Positions 48,792 through 62,145 of a stretch of 64,000 nucleotides of DNA are shown piece by piece. The stretch lies in the NCBI GenBank assembly GCA_043228905.1, contig JBHGNT010000022.1:6572001-6636000 (forward strand), written 5' to 3'. The DNA is from Azolla caroliniana. Lineage: Eukaryota > Plantae > Polypodiophyta. A program made the translations under genes and the position numbers. The notes under the pieces are model-generated. The model had not been told where the DNA came from and made no database searches. It saw nothing but the letters and a program-made list of their open reading frames with translations. Position 1 is the stretch's first letter; each line of letters opens with the position of its first letter.

Positions 48792-51507
48792 AGGGAGAGT
48801 TTGTTGGGAGACAGGTCCCTCCGGATGGTGCAGGCCCGGTATGAACCGGATGAGGAGAACCCGACTGCGGAGAGTCGGATGGTGCAGGCCCGGTATGAAC
48901 CGGATGAGGAGAACCCGACTGCGGAGAGTCGGATGGTGCAGGCCCGGTATGAACCGGATGAGGAGAACCCGGCTGCGGAGAGTCGGATGGTGCAGGCCCG
49001 GTATGAACCGGATGAGGAGTACCCGACTGCGGAGAGTTGGATGGTGCAGGCCCGGTATGAACCGGATGAGGAGTACCCGACTGCGGAGAGTTGGATGGAG
49101 CCCATCGAGGCTACATTTGTAAATCGCCGAAAAGTCATATTAGTATAAATATGACTTAGGGCAAACTTTTAATGTTGTTGTCATTCTTGTTGTTATTCTT
49201 TTCTTGTTGGTGCAAGAAGAAATTAGAGTGCGTAACTGTACAGAGAGAGAGAGAGAGAGAGAGACACGAGGTCGTTGCCTATGTCGTAACCGCCGCCTGT
49301 GGCGAAGATCTGAGAGCACGAGGTCGTTGCCTCGGTGATCTCACTGTTGTATATTTCTGCATAGTGACAGTTTGCAGCTTGTGGGCTGCCGTGGTTTTTC
49401 CCCTATTTTGGGGTTTTCCACGTATACCTCCTGTGTACCTTTTCTCCTCTTCTTCTCCTCTTTTGTGTCGCGTCTCATTACCTGTTTTTCTGTGTATGTA
49501 AATAATCTCGGTTGTGGCCGAGCGTCGGACATAAGGAACGTCGAGTTCCCAACACCATGTTGTGGACGCGTTTTCCCCTTCGTTCGAGGAGCTGGTAGAG
49601 CCGTACCTCCTCCGACTTGGCTTCTAATAATCGGTTCCGTACCTGAATGCGCAAACTAGGTACCTGAAATTCGACCGGCATCACAGTCTCCAGTCCAAAC
49701 GCTAGTCGGAACGGTGTTGACTGTATGCTTGTTTTATAGCTAGTTCTGTATGCCCATAACGCACTCTATAGTTTGGTATCCCAGTCCGTTCTATTTTCAT
49801 TGACGGTTTTCTTCAAAATGGTCTGTAATGTCTTGTTGGTGGATTCTGCTAATCCATTCGCCTGCGGATAATATGGCGTGCTCTTCCTATGGACTACGGC
49901 GTAATGATGTGTTAGTTCCCGAACCATCGTATTGAGAAAGTGACTCCCCTGGTCACTGATGAGCTCAATCGGACAGCCGAACCGGCACCAGATGTGCTCG
50001 TAAAGGAATCTGGCTATGACGACCGCCGTATTTTCACGTAGTGCCTTTGCTTCTACCCATTTGGTGCAGTAATCCGTGGCTACCAATATGTATTTATTGC
50101 TCGTACGGGCCGCCACTGGTGTGAAGGGCTCTACAAAATCCAATCCCCACTTTTGGAAGGGGTCTGGCGGTAATACGGGCTGGTGTGGCATCCTTGCGTC
50201 CTCCGCGGGCTGACCCATCCATTGACACAAATCACACTTTCTACAATACTCAGATGCGTCCTTCTGCGTTGTTGGCCACCATAAGCCCGCCTGCCATACT
50301 TTCCGAGCTGTCACATCGCCCGTGCAATGGCCTCCTACCGTGTCGCAATGTGCCTCCCATAAAACTGCTTCCTTCTCTTGACGGACCCCACGTTGCCAAA
50401 TGCCATCACTTCCTTTGTGATATAAAATGCCTCCGACGAGGCAAAAATGACGGCTTCGGATGGCTAGTCATTTCTTCTCGTCTGTGCATAATTGTGGTGG
50501 AGGTAGTCCTGTAGTTAAAAAAGTATGTCATTTCCATAAGCCACCGGTCCGGAAAGGTCGATTCCATTTTTTCTGCAAGTGTCGCTACTCGCAGGATGTC
50601 GGCGTCCGGAAAATCGTCGTCGTCTTTCTGTATTGTTTCTCCATTCTCGAGTCTGCTCAAAAAATCTGCCACTGCGTGTTGCGTCCCTAGTCGGTGTTGA
50701 ATTACGAAATCGAATTCCTAGAGCAGCAGCATCCACCGCGCCAATTTCCCTGTCAGAGCTTGTTTCTCCACCAAATACAGTAGTGCCGGATGATCCACGT
50801 GGAACGTGAATTTCCTTCCTAATAAATAGTGTCGGAATTTATTGATGTTATAGATCATCCCTAGCGCCTCCCACTCTGTTGTGGAATAGTTACGCTCTGC
50901 TGCTGACAATTTACGACTCGCGTAGTATACTGGCCTATACCAGTTTGGTTCGGTGAGCTGCATTAGTGCGCTGCCTATTGCTATGTCCGAGGCATCGACG
51001 AACACGTGGAATGGCTTCGCCCAAACTGGTGGTTGTATGACGGGAGCCTGTGTGAGCATTATCTTAAGTGCCTCATAGGCCTTATCCTTCGTTGCAGTCC
51101 ATTGGAACGGAGTCCGATGTACAACATCGTGTAGCGGGGTGGCGAAGTCCGCCAAATACCGTATCATCCGACTATGCCACCGTATTTGTCCTAAAAACCG
51201 GCTAAGCGATTTGGCGTTTGTCGGAGTTTTGGCTTGCGTAACCGCGGAGATCTTGTTTGGGTCAACCGCTATTCCCTCCTTGCTGACTATGTGGCCTAGG
51301 AGAGTCCTATTGATCACGCCGAAGGCACATTTCGCGGGATTCAGGCTTAACCGTGCGGTGCGGCAACGTTCCAGGCACAGTCATAAGTGCGTAAAATGGT
51401 CTATTGTTTTCCCATATACCGCAAAGTCGTCTAGAAAAACTTGCATGAACGCCGAAATGTATTCCCCAAAGATCTCCGTAATCGTTCGTTGAAATGTTTT
51501 CGGCGCT

Positions 51508-54500
51508 AACACCGGGACATTTGAAACAGGTAATATGTCGCATTTTGAGAACTGTCCATCAAAAAATGACACAAATTAGGGTGATTCACAAAAAGGGGTG
51601 CCGCATGTGTAAAGGAATTTTAAAAATGACCCAAAAATATATTGATTTTTAACATGTACGGAAATTTAGGTGTTCAAAAAAATGCCTAAATAATGGACAT
51701 GCCAAACTTACAAATGAATGTCCAAAATGACTAACCCAATATTTATAGAAATTCTAAATCCAAATCTTGATGTGCAATACAATATTTATAGTTAACATAT
51801 CAGGACAATCATTTTTCAAGTTTATGTCATCATCTTCATACCCATTAGATGAACTAGTACGAGTTTATAAGGTCTCATCCTCATCATCAATGGCAACTAA
51901 TGCATTGTGTTGATCCAATTGCAATCCAACCTCATCGAGTTTATGAGTCATGCTTCTTGTTTGTCTTTGTGTTGTGTCTGAAGCCACATTCCAGATCCTC
52001 TTTTAGTATCTTCATTGTGGTCTGTCACAGATAACTTGTTTTGGTCAAAGATAAGTCATACACTAATATATAAACATTATCCAATGTAAGAGTAGATGTG
52101 CTTGATGCATCTTTCCTCCTCACTTTTTGGTTATGATATTTCATTATGTACTTTCCATTTACAAGATTAGATTATGTGAGAGAAGCTTTCTACCAAAATC
52201 ATTAGAATCTAAAAAATGTCTTAAAGATGTTTTCCATTTTTCTTAGATTCTCATAGTAAGCCTTTGATGTCGTACAGAAATCCGATTCATTCCATCTAGA
52301 TTTGATGCAACATGTCGAATTTTACTCTATACATCTAGAATTGGATATAATGCATCAGGTTCCTGTAAGTCTTGGAATTTTTTTAAAAATCTCCGTTAAA
52401 AAAATACTCTTGCATTTTAATGCATTGCATTGAATTCTAGCTACATAGACTAAAATATGATACATTGCATGGATTTCCCGAAAATACATAAATAAATACA
52501 AATTGAAAAAATAAAACATTTTCCCATAAATAAATAAATAAACATTTTTTATTTTACTCGTAAAAAAATAAATAAAAATTGAAAAATTAGATTTCAATGG
52601 AAATCCAATTCCGTGCATCGGATTCAATTGAAAATCCAATTTCTCTTTTTTTTTTTTGAAAATTTTCTTATTTTTTGAATTGTTTTTGAATTTGTTTTTA
52701 TTTTTCCCATAAAAAAATAAATAAAAATTGAAAAAATGGATTTTCAACGGAAATCCGATGCACTGCATCGGATTTTAGTTGAAAGTCCACTTTTACGTAT
52801 TTTTTTCCAAATTTGCTTTTTTTTTGAATTTTTTTGAATTTTTTTGAATTTTTTCAATAATAAATAAATAAATATTGAAAAAATAGATTTTCAATGGAAA
52901 TCCGATGCACTGCATCGGATTTCCGTAGAAAATCCACTTTTTCTTATTTTTTTCCAAATTTTCAGAGCTTTTAGAATTATTTTGGTATTTTGTTTCTCTA
53001 TTTTCTCATAAATAACTATATAGAAATTGAAAAAATGAATTTTCAAAGGAAATCCGATGCATTGCATCAGATTTCTATTGAAAGTCCACTTTTTGCTATT
53101 TGTTACCAAATTTTCATATTTTAAAATATTGTTTGTATTTTTTTAATTTTTTTTAATTTTTTCCCATAAATAAATAAATAAAAATTGCAAAAAATGGGTT
53201 TTCAATAGAAATCCGATGCACTACATCGGATTTCTATTGGAAATCCATTTTGTCTTATTTGTTTCCAATTTTTCAGATATTTTGAATTTTTTTTTGTATT
53301 TGTTTTGAATTGTTTTTGTTTTTATCATAAATAAATATATAGGAATTGAAAAAAATGGATTTTCAGCGGGAATCCGATGCACTGCATCGGATTTCCATTG
53401 AAAGTGCACTTTTTCTTGTTTGATTACAAATTTTCTTACTTGTTTATATTTTTCTCTAAAAAAGTGTTAAAAATAAACAAATTGTGATTTTCTCCATTTA
53501 AAATGATGTGTTTTCAACGAGAATCCGATGCAGTGCATCGGATTCCCGTTCAAAATCACTGAGTTTCAACAGAAATCCGATGCAGTGCATCGGATTTCCA
53601 TTGAAAGTCCAATATTTTTCTTGTGTTTTTTCATAAAACGTTAATTTGCAATTGAAATCCGACTCAATGGTTCAAATTTTTTTGAAAATGTAATATTTTT
53701 TTATTATCTCATTGTTTTATGAAAAACCTAAAAGAAATTTGGATTTTTAATTGAAATTCGATGTAGTGCATTAGATTTCAGTTGGAAATCCACTTTTTTA
53801 ATATATTTTTATTTATTTTTTGAAAAAATGAAAAACAATTGAAAAGAAAGAGGATTGCCAGCTAAAATCTGATGCAATGCATCAATGTCTAGCTGTATAG
53901 ACTACGATCTGATGTAGTGTATCGGATTTCAGTTGAAAAGCCATTTATTATTTTTTTATATGGAAAATAAATAAATAAATAACATTGGAAAAAGAAAAAA
54001 GAAAAATGGATTTTCGACTCTAATCCAACGCATTGCATTAGATTCTAGCTATATATATTAAAATATAATGTAGTGCATAGTATTTTAGCTGAAAATCCAT
54101 TTTTTATTTTTTAATAGAAAATATTTTAAAAATTACAAAAAAAAAAAACTTGGATTTTCAACTGAAATCTAGTGCATCGCATTGGATTCCAATTAAAAAT
54201 CCAAGATTTTTTTTTTTTCAAATTTTATTGTTTCAAATTTTCAATGGGTTTTAGATTAGTTTTTTGACACAGGTATATAATATAAAACTTACATCAATTT
54301 AGATTAACGTTATATTCTATTCTTCCGTTTGATGTTACCTGTGCAATTTCATTCTACTGTCATGTACTACTAAAACATACGCCTTAAAGATTATTAGGAA
54401 CTCTGTTGCATTAGAGAAGGACCTTGAGCAAGTTAATGTCATCAAAATGAGGATCCAAGGTATCTGGGGTTGTCCTGATCAAGACCAAGAAGTTGGGGAA

Positions 54501-55361
54501 AAGCATATCAATAAAACTTAGATGTTCCAGATGACTTTTAGAAAACTTGTGGAACTATAGATGAAGACGCAGGGCAACTTGTTGAATTAGAAGACGTTTC
54601 AGAGTCTGAACATACTAACAATTCAACTTAGCGTACTGACGAAGCCAATGAGGACAATCCTGATTAAAGAGCTAATCCTGAGTAGACGGCTTTACCAAAC
54701 CTATTATTCGATTGAATGGTTATGGCTTATTGTAAATTTTGAACAATATGAATTGTTAAATTTTGACGTAATATATAAGTTGAGCTTACTTATAATTTTC
54801 ATGTAACAATCATTGAACTTAGAAATTAAGTATACTTGTATGTGTACATGTTATCTAAACTCTCCTTTATCATTTGGGGTATATCAGAGATAAGTTTATA
54901 CTCTATCATTTACTCGTATGATTGGAATGTTATTGTAGACTAGTTTATTTATACATTGACAGTGTCATGTATCACGTGTCAATGGAAATTTTCTCTTGAC
55001 ATAGTAGTATCTCTTAATTGCAAGGTTCACAATTTGCTTTAAGATGTATTATATTTAAATATACACACATAATTAGAAGAAGTCACTTATTCAATGGGGC
55101 ATGCTTTTTAGAATATGCACAAGGACCCGTGTTACTATTATACTTGTGTTGACAAATACACCCCTGTCTAAGATTTGGGCAAAAACATGGTAGATAGAAT
55201 ATACGTCGGATGATTTTGTTGACGTGATATTAGTTAGTTCTTTTTTTCACTATGTTTTCATAAACCACATACACATGCGTCGTGCCTTGCATTTTTTAAC
55301 ATCTCACTAAGATATGAAAAAGAGAATGCGACATATTACCTGTTTCAAATGACCCGGTGTT
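51508..55361. mobile_element. Element L: non-coding TIR DNA transposon (3854 bp), superfamily unassigned
   Basis: 37-bp TIRs AACACCGGG(A/T)CATTTGAAACAGGTAATATGTCGCATT with one mismatch; TSD CGCT (51504-51507, 55362-55365); removing it restores F RT FGLKIAPKTFQR. Confidence 0.9.
52400..54205. repeat. AT-rich array of ~150-bp units centred on the palindrome AAATCCGATGCA(C/G)TGCATCGGATTT
   Basis: More than ten recognisable copies, e.g. near 52750, 52897, 53050, 53208, 53370, 53521, 53572. Confidence 0.88.
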
Positions 55362-55807
55362 CGCTATCTTTAGCCCGAACATCATGATGACTGCCACATA
55401 TACTCCCCAGTCCGTGACAAACGCCGTTTTCTCCTGGTCCTCGGGATGCCTGCGTACCTGGTTATAGCCACTAAAGCCATCTAAGAAATTGTACATCTCA
55501 TGGCCTGCGACAGCGTCCATCACGCTATCGGTGAAGGGTAAGGGAAATACATCCGTAATGGTTACAACGTTTAATTTTCGGTAATCTACGCATACCCGTA
55601 TTTTGCCGTTTTTCTTTGGAACAACCACTATCGGGCTTAGCCATGTCGCTTGTTTAATTGGTCGTATGAACCCCGCCTTCAAGAGCTTGTCAATTTCTTT
55701 TTTCACGCGGGTCACATAATTGGGGTTCATGTGGTAGCGGCGCTGATGGACGGGTTTCGCATCAGTTGCTAAATTGATCTTATGTTGATAGAACTTGGGA
55801 TCTAAAC

Positions 55808-56225
55808 TGTTACCGGCCGGCAAGGAGTCCAAAATACGGAGTGAAGGAATTAATTAAGTATGGTTGTAAATAAGCATAGTGTGGACGGACGGACTGGAAA
55901 CGGTATGCCGTTCCAGATCCGGACGGATCCCGAATAGGTGCGAGAGGCACCGTTTTGTACTACGGGCCGGAAACCTATTTAAAGGCCGGACCCCATTGTA
56001 ATCACAGCGGATAATTAATAGAGCATATGGTGTTTATACTTCTGTGTTGATTTCCGTTCTGTAAATACTGTTATATCTTACGCGTGTAATTAACCAAAGC
56101 ATTCTAATCGTATAACCTACGTAAGTCGGTGTAATCGTTGAATCTTAACCCTATGCCGTAATCACCCTTTGGTGAAGTGTCTCCGTGACACCTTGTGTTA
56201 GGCCTTGTCCGGCCAGCGAAGAACA
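55808..56225 (+). repeat. 5' LTR of D (418 bp)
   Basis: TGTTACC...GAACA; aligns with the A LTR. Confidence 0.92.
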
Positions 56226-56278
56226 CAGTTTTGGCGACCAGGATTCCTGCTTTCTCGCAGCGAACGACGGCTTAATGG

Positions 56279-59200
56279 ATGAGGAGACCAACGCACGACC
56301 TGGTTACAGACCGATCTCGACGCCTCGCCGAACGGCAAAGACGGCGTGAGACTTTCCAGCAAGCAGCGCACGAAATTCGCTCGGATCGTTCGTTCTCCAA
56401 CGAGATCCGGAGAGTCGCGGAGGAATCTCTTCGGTTACGGCAAACTCGCGACCAGGACGACGGAAGCAGTCTAAGTAGTCTCCGGGAAACCGAACGCCTC
56501 CTCGAGGCGCTGGCAAGCAGAGAAAACGAGGCAGAAGCCTTTTCAGCCTACGAATCGGATTCCGAAGGGGGATACAGTGTGCACACGAACTACCGAAGCA
56601 GCAACGATACCCCCGGCGGCCCGGAGGACGACGGGTCGGATACCGTGCCGACTCCAGAACCGGAACCGTTCGACCAGGGCGATCCGGAACCACAAACGGA
56701 AGCCGTCAACCCACCAACACCGAAAGTGGAAGAAGCAAAGCCACCGACACCAACGAAAGAGCCGGCAAAGGTACCGGAAGAAGAGCCGGTGAAGGAACCG
56801 GAAAAAGAACCGGAAAAGGAACCGGAAAAAGCACCGGCAAAAGAACCGGAAGTGGAACCGGAGAGAAAACCGGAAAGATATTAACAAACGCCACTAAACC
56901 GCGGCCTAATACTGGACGACGACATGCCGTTCCAATACTCAAAGTATCGCGATGACCCGGACGCGGAAGCGCATGTTCATGCCTTCGAGCAGACATGGGA
57001 AGCAAATCACACGTCCCAGCGAATGACACCGGAGGAAGAAGAACGCTCGAAGATAGCGGAATTCGGGGTCACGTTGGAAGGACCAGCAACACGATGGCGG
57101 CGGACACAGGACCCGGCGACCATCACAACCTTTGCAGAATTAAAAGCAAAATTCTTGCATTTTTTCCACAAGGAGGTCGACCATACGACAATGGTGGGCC
57201 TGTTTTATACGATCCAACAGGAGGCAGGGGAAAGCATTCCCCAATTCGTCATCCGTTTCCAACGAATGCATAGCCAACTTGCCCGTGCACCCCCGGAGGA
57301 GGAATTACGGACGATATTTTTAAACGCACTCCGGGAACCATTACGCACGGTGTGTACGGTAATCGACTTTCGAGGAAGCACCATTGACCAGGTCATTGAC
57401 CGGGTCAGAGAAATGGAAAAGTCAAGCTCATGGCTTACACTGGGAACACTGCAACGGGCGTTACCCACCGAGGAAGATCTCCGGTTCCGGCAGGTAATTC
57501 AATGCACAATCTGCTTGAATGCCGGACACTCGGCAGTGGAATGCACCATGCGAACCCAGTGTGTGATTTGTCAATCCAAGAGTCATACAACGGACCGGTG
57601 CGAGTATAACCTGCTAAACCGACAAGCACCACCCGTCCGACGGATCGAGCCAAGAAGCAGCCGAGACGAAGATGACGATCGTTGGCAAAGAATGAACCGG
57701 TACCGACCGGCACAGGATGTCCGGTACGGAGACAAACAAGAGAATGATGGCCGGTATGGGAATCGGCATGATAACTACGACCTGTATGAGCGATCGGACC
57801 GTTATCGGGAGCCCAACAGACGACACGAGCAATACGACAGAGACCATTCCCCTGGTTACCGAAGGCACCAGGAGGACTACGGCCGATTTTACGATCCACC
57901 ACGACCGGACTACCGAAATAAAAATAAGAATAATAAGAAACGTAATTTCAAGAAAGGTGGTCACCCTAGGGACCCGGAACATGGAACCCCAAGGAGCCAA
58001 CCGGCACAGAACGCACCACTCACTACGGGACCGACTCCGGCTACCAGCAATGCTGAATTCAGCAATACCCGTAAAGAGTACTGCTACTACTGCAGGCAGG
58101 AAGGCCACTACAGTAACTAGTGCCCGGTAAAGAGCTACGAGAAACGACCAGCAGTTAATATGGTGGTTCCGGAAGTGGCGGATATACAGCAAGTAACCAC
58201 ACGGTCGAAAGGCATGGCCAAAGAGTGGGAAACACAAGAGGCCATACGAAAACAGGCGACGGAATGGGTGAAGGAAGCCAATGAAAGGAACGTCGCGGAC
58301 GCGGAACGGCAAAAGGCGAATACCATAGGGAGTGCCGGCGGTAGCCACCCAGAAAACGAGACATGGCAAGCACTGCAAGAATGTCAGATCACGTTGCCGT
58401 TAGGAAGACTCTTGCAGCTCGTGCCGCGATTTACGGAAGGACTAAAAACGGGCATGACAGACGGTATAGCCCCACCGGCACCAGTCCTCTTCTCGAACCC
58501 GGAGGAGGGACCGACGGTGGTGGACACTAGTAGTTCGGCGATTACAGCTATTGTCAAAGGGCACGAACTTCCCGGCACAGTAATCGATGGAGGTTCCGGG
58601 GTGAACGTAATAAGCCTCCGCACGTGTGATGCCTTGGGTATACATGAATGGGAGCCATGTCCGTTCTGGCTACGGATGGCGGATACGAGCTCTGTACGGC
58701 CGACGGGCTTAATACGGAAATTGGAAGTCACCATAGGAGGTCACACATTTCACATCTCGGCTGTAGTGCTGCAGCTACAGGCGCAAGGCGCGTACCCACT
58801 GTTGCTGGGCAGACCATGGTTGAAAACAACACACATCAAGCAAAATTGGCGGAAAAATATGATTACCTTCCGGCGCGGAAAATCCAAGGTCCGGGTACCG
58901 ACACAACCACGGACGAGCAACGGTAAGGAATGCACACCGTTGTATGCGGAATGCGTGAACATGCTTGAAGGGTTGGCAGACGACGAAGAAGCCCAGTACT
59001 TGGAGGAACACCCGAAGATCGTACCACTCTTCGAGATTGACGTGGCTGAAGCCGTAGCGCCATACTTGCCGCAGCGGGACGAAACCGAAGCCGAACCAGA
59101 CAAAGATGCGATTCGGGAATTACGGCAAGCACAGGAAGCGTTGGAACGGGAAATGGCCGTTTCCCAACGGGTAAAAGCATCCCAGCTCGACGAAGTGAAC

Positions 59201-62145
59201 CTAGGAAGCAAGGACGAATCAAAGCCGGTACACATTGCCAAAGAAATGAAGCCGGAAGATAAAGCGGCGATGATCAAACTTCTCACGGAGTTTCGCGACG
59301 TATTCGCCTGGTCATACGAAGACATGCGAGGGCTGGACCCTCAATTATATCAGCATCAGATCCACTTAGGCAAGGACGCGAAACCAGTGGCGCAAAGACG
59401 TTACCGAATGAACCCCAACTACGCTGCCAAAGTGAAGGAGGAAATCGACAAACTCCTAAGAGTGGGCTTCATCCGGCCGGTAAAGAAAGCGACGTGGCTG
59501 AGCCCCATCGTCGTCGTCCCCAAGAAGAACGGTAAAATCCGCGTGTGTGTAGATTACAAGAAACTAAATGCAGCCACAATTACGGATGCATTCCCTCTTC
59601 CGTTCACGGATGGAGTACTAGATGCCGTCGCCGGCCATGAAGTTTATAGCTTTCTAGACGGGTTCAACGGATACAATCAAATCCGGATGCACCCTGACGA
59701 CCAGGAGAAGACAGCGTTCGTCACCGAATGGGGGGTGTTTGTGGCCGAAGTAATGATGTTCGGCCTAAAAACGGCACCAGCAACTTTCCAGCGAATCATC
59801 ATGGAGATCTTCGGCGAATACATTCCTGCCTTCATGCAGGTTTTCCTGGATGATTTTGCAGTCTATAGCCGAGGAAAAGACCATTTGCAGCACCTACGGT
59901 TATGCCTTGAAAAGTGTAGGTTATACAGGCTAAGCTTAAACCCAGCAAAATGCATCTTTGGAGTTTCAAGTGGAATATTGCTGGGACACATTGTAAGTAA
60001 GGAGGGCATTGCGGTCGACCCGGACAAAGTAAACGCGATACTAGGGGCACCGGCACCAAAAACAGCCAAAGCACTAAGCCGATTCTTAGGACAGATCCGG
60101 TGGCACAGCCGGATGCTCCGTCACTTGGCTGACTTGGCTACACCATTACACACCGCGGTACATCGGACACCGTTCCAATGGACGGATACGGAGGATAAGG
60201 CATACAATGCCCTGAAGGTACTTTTGTCGCAAGCACCCGTCGTGCAGCCTCCGGATTGGAGCAAGGAATTTCATGTGTTCGTGGACGCTTCCGACATCGC
60301 TATCGGCAACGCCTTAATGCAACTTACGGAGCCCAAATGGTACCGGCCGGTATATTACGCCAGCCGGAAGCTGTCCCAAGCGGAGAAGAACTATTCGACG
60401 ACGGAACGGGAGGCCCTGGGCATGATCTACAGTGTCACAAAGTTTCGTCATTACCTATTGGGAAGGAAGTTCTCCTTTCATGTGGATCACTCGGCGCTCC
60501 TGTACTTAGTGTCCAAGGCGTCCCTGACCGGTAAGTTGGCCCGTTGGACCTTGCTGTTGCAGGAGTTCGAATTCGAGATTTTCCACCAGCCCGGTATCCA
60601 GCATGCCGTAGCAGACTATCTAAGCCGGTTAGAGTCCGGAGAATCAGGCGACGGAGTAGCGGATGAATTCCCGGACGCAGAGTTATTCCGTATCACCCCG
60701 GAAACGGCAGTGGACGACACGGTGGCATCAGAAGATAGGTGGCTGACAAACATGCACCAGCTCCTAAGCACGGGCCTGCCACCGGAGGAAATGAACCGGG
60801 ACGAGAGGAAACGACTGGCAGTGCAGAGCCGCAATTTCTGTCTGTTACGGGACAGTCTCTACCACAAAGGAGACGGGCAGTCCGTAGTGACGAGAAAGAA
60901 GTAATCTTACGGGAAGCACACTGTGGGGTTGCCGGAGGACACTATGCCGGGGAAGCGACGGCAAGGAAAGTATGGCAGAGCGGCTTATGGTGGCCCACGA
61001 CGTTAAAAGACGCCGTCAAGTATGCTAAGGAATGTGACCTATGCCAACGAATGGGCCAGCCTACGGAGCAAGCACGGATGCCACACCAACCGGTACTTCC
61101 ACTAGAGCCATTCCAGAAGTGGGGGTTGGATTTTGTCAGACCGTTCAAGCCACCGGCAATAAGAACGGGTAATCGTTATGTCATCGTGGCAACGGATTAT
61201 TGCACTAAATGGGTGGAGGCTAAGGCCTTGAGAGACAATACCGCGTCATCCACAACAAAATTCCTGTACGAGAACATTTGGTGCCGATATGGATGTCCGA
61301 TTGAATTAATCAGCGACCAAGGAGGGCACTTCCTCGGCCAGGTAGTGGAAAGCTTAACAACGTTCTATGCCGTGGTCCATAAACGGAGCACACCGTACTA
61401 CCCACAAGCGAACGGGTTAGCAGAGTCAACCAACAAAACGCTCCAGAACATTCTCCGCAAAATCGTCAATGAAAACCGGACGGACTGGGATACAAAGCTC
61501 CATAGCGCGCTATGGGTGTACCGAACGGCATACAAGACAAGTATCCGGACAACGCCGTTCCGGTTAGCGTTCGGCTTAGAGGCGGTCATGCCGGTGGAGT
61601 TTCAGGTACCAAGCTTACGGATCCAACTACGGGAACGGCTGAATGAAAAGAAGTCGGAGGAAATGCGGCTAGCAGCACTATGCGAACTGGAGGAGCAACG
61701 GTTGGCCAGCATCCTACACATGGAACTGGAGCAACGACGACGGAAAGCGTTCGTTGACCGTCACCGGAAAGGTAACGAAAAGATGTTCGAAATCGGAAAG
61801 CTGGTGCTAGTATTCCAAACGAGGATGGGCAAGATGCCGGGTAAACTCCGGTTTAGATGGACAGGCCCATATTGGCTGACACGGGAATACAACGGGTCCT
61901 ATCAGATTGGGACACTTGCCGGTGAAGTGCTAGGCAAGTGGGTGAACGGATTTAGACTAAAGCCCTATAAAGGACCAATGCCAAATAACCCGTTTATGCA
62001 GCCCACCGGCACTATACCGGGAACCTGTCTGGGAACGGTACGGATGAAAGAAAAAGACGACGGGGAACCCGTAGCAGAGGCGAAGGAAGACACGGCAACC
62101 CGTAAGGAAAACGGTAAGGGTCCGAAGGGACCTACGGATGTGTAA
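56279..62145 (+). pseudogene. gag-pol of D (two nonsense changes, one frameshifting deletion near 60872)
   Basis: ORFs 56279-56884, 56924-58120 and 58160-60904 (PR-RT-RH) in one frame; integrase in 60739-62145. Confidence 0.93.

Larger units (their letters stand above)
43908..49554 (+). mobile_element. Element K: full-length Ty1/copia (Tnt1/Tork-like) in F integrase
   Basis: Perfect TSD CCATG; LTRs 43908-44714 and 48802-49554; PBS TGGTATCAGAGC 44717-44728; PPT GAAGGGAGAG. Confidence 0.95.
39990..55807 (-). mobile_element. Element F: diverged gypsy of the A/B/D group; hosts K, L and D; 5' part lies beyond D
   Basis: 3' LTR 39990-40428; extra ORF; pol pieces 43610-43907, 49555-51507 and 55362-55807 rejoin across the TSDs. 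Confidence 0.88.

Noticed and set aside
52400-54205. CRISPR-like array of palindromic repeats
   Set aside because: Spacers are ~100 bp, homologous to each other and AT-rich; repeats are degenerate; no cas genes; eukaryotic TE context.
54400-54690. Possible transposase remnant inside L (acidic-looking stretch; similar on the minus strand near 51870-52030)
   Set aside because: No ORF of 60 aa or more and no catalytic motif recognisable by eye; a tblastx search would be needed.
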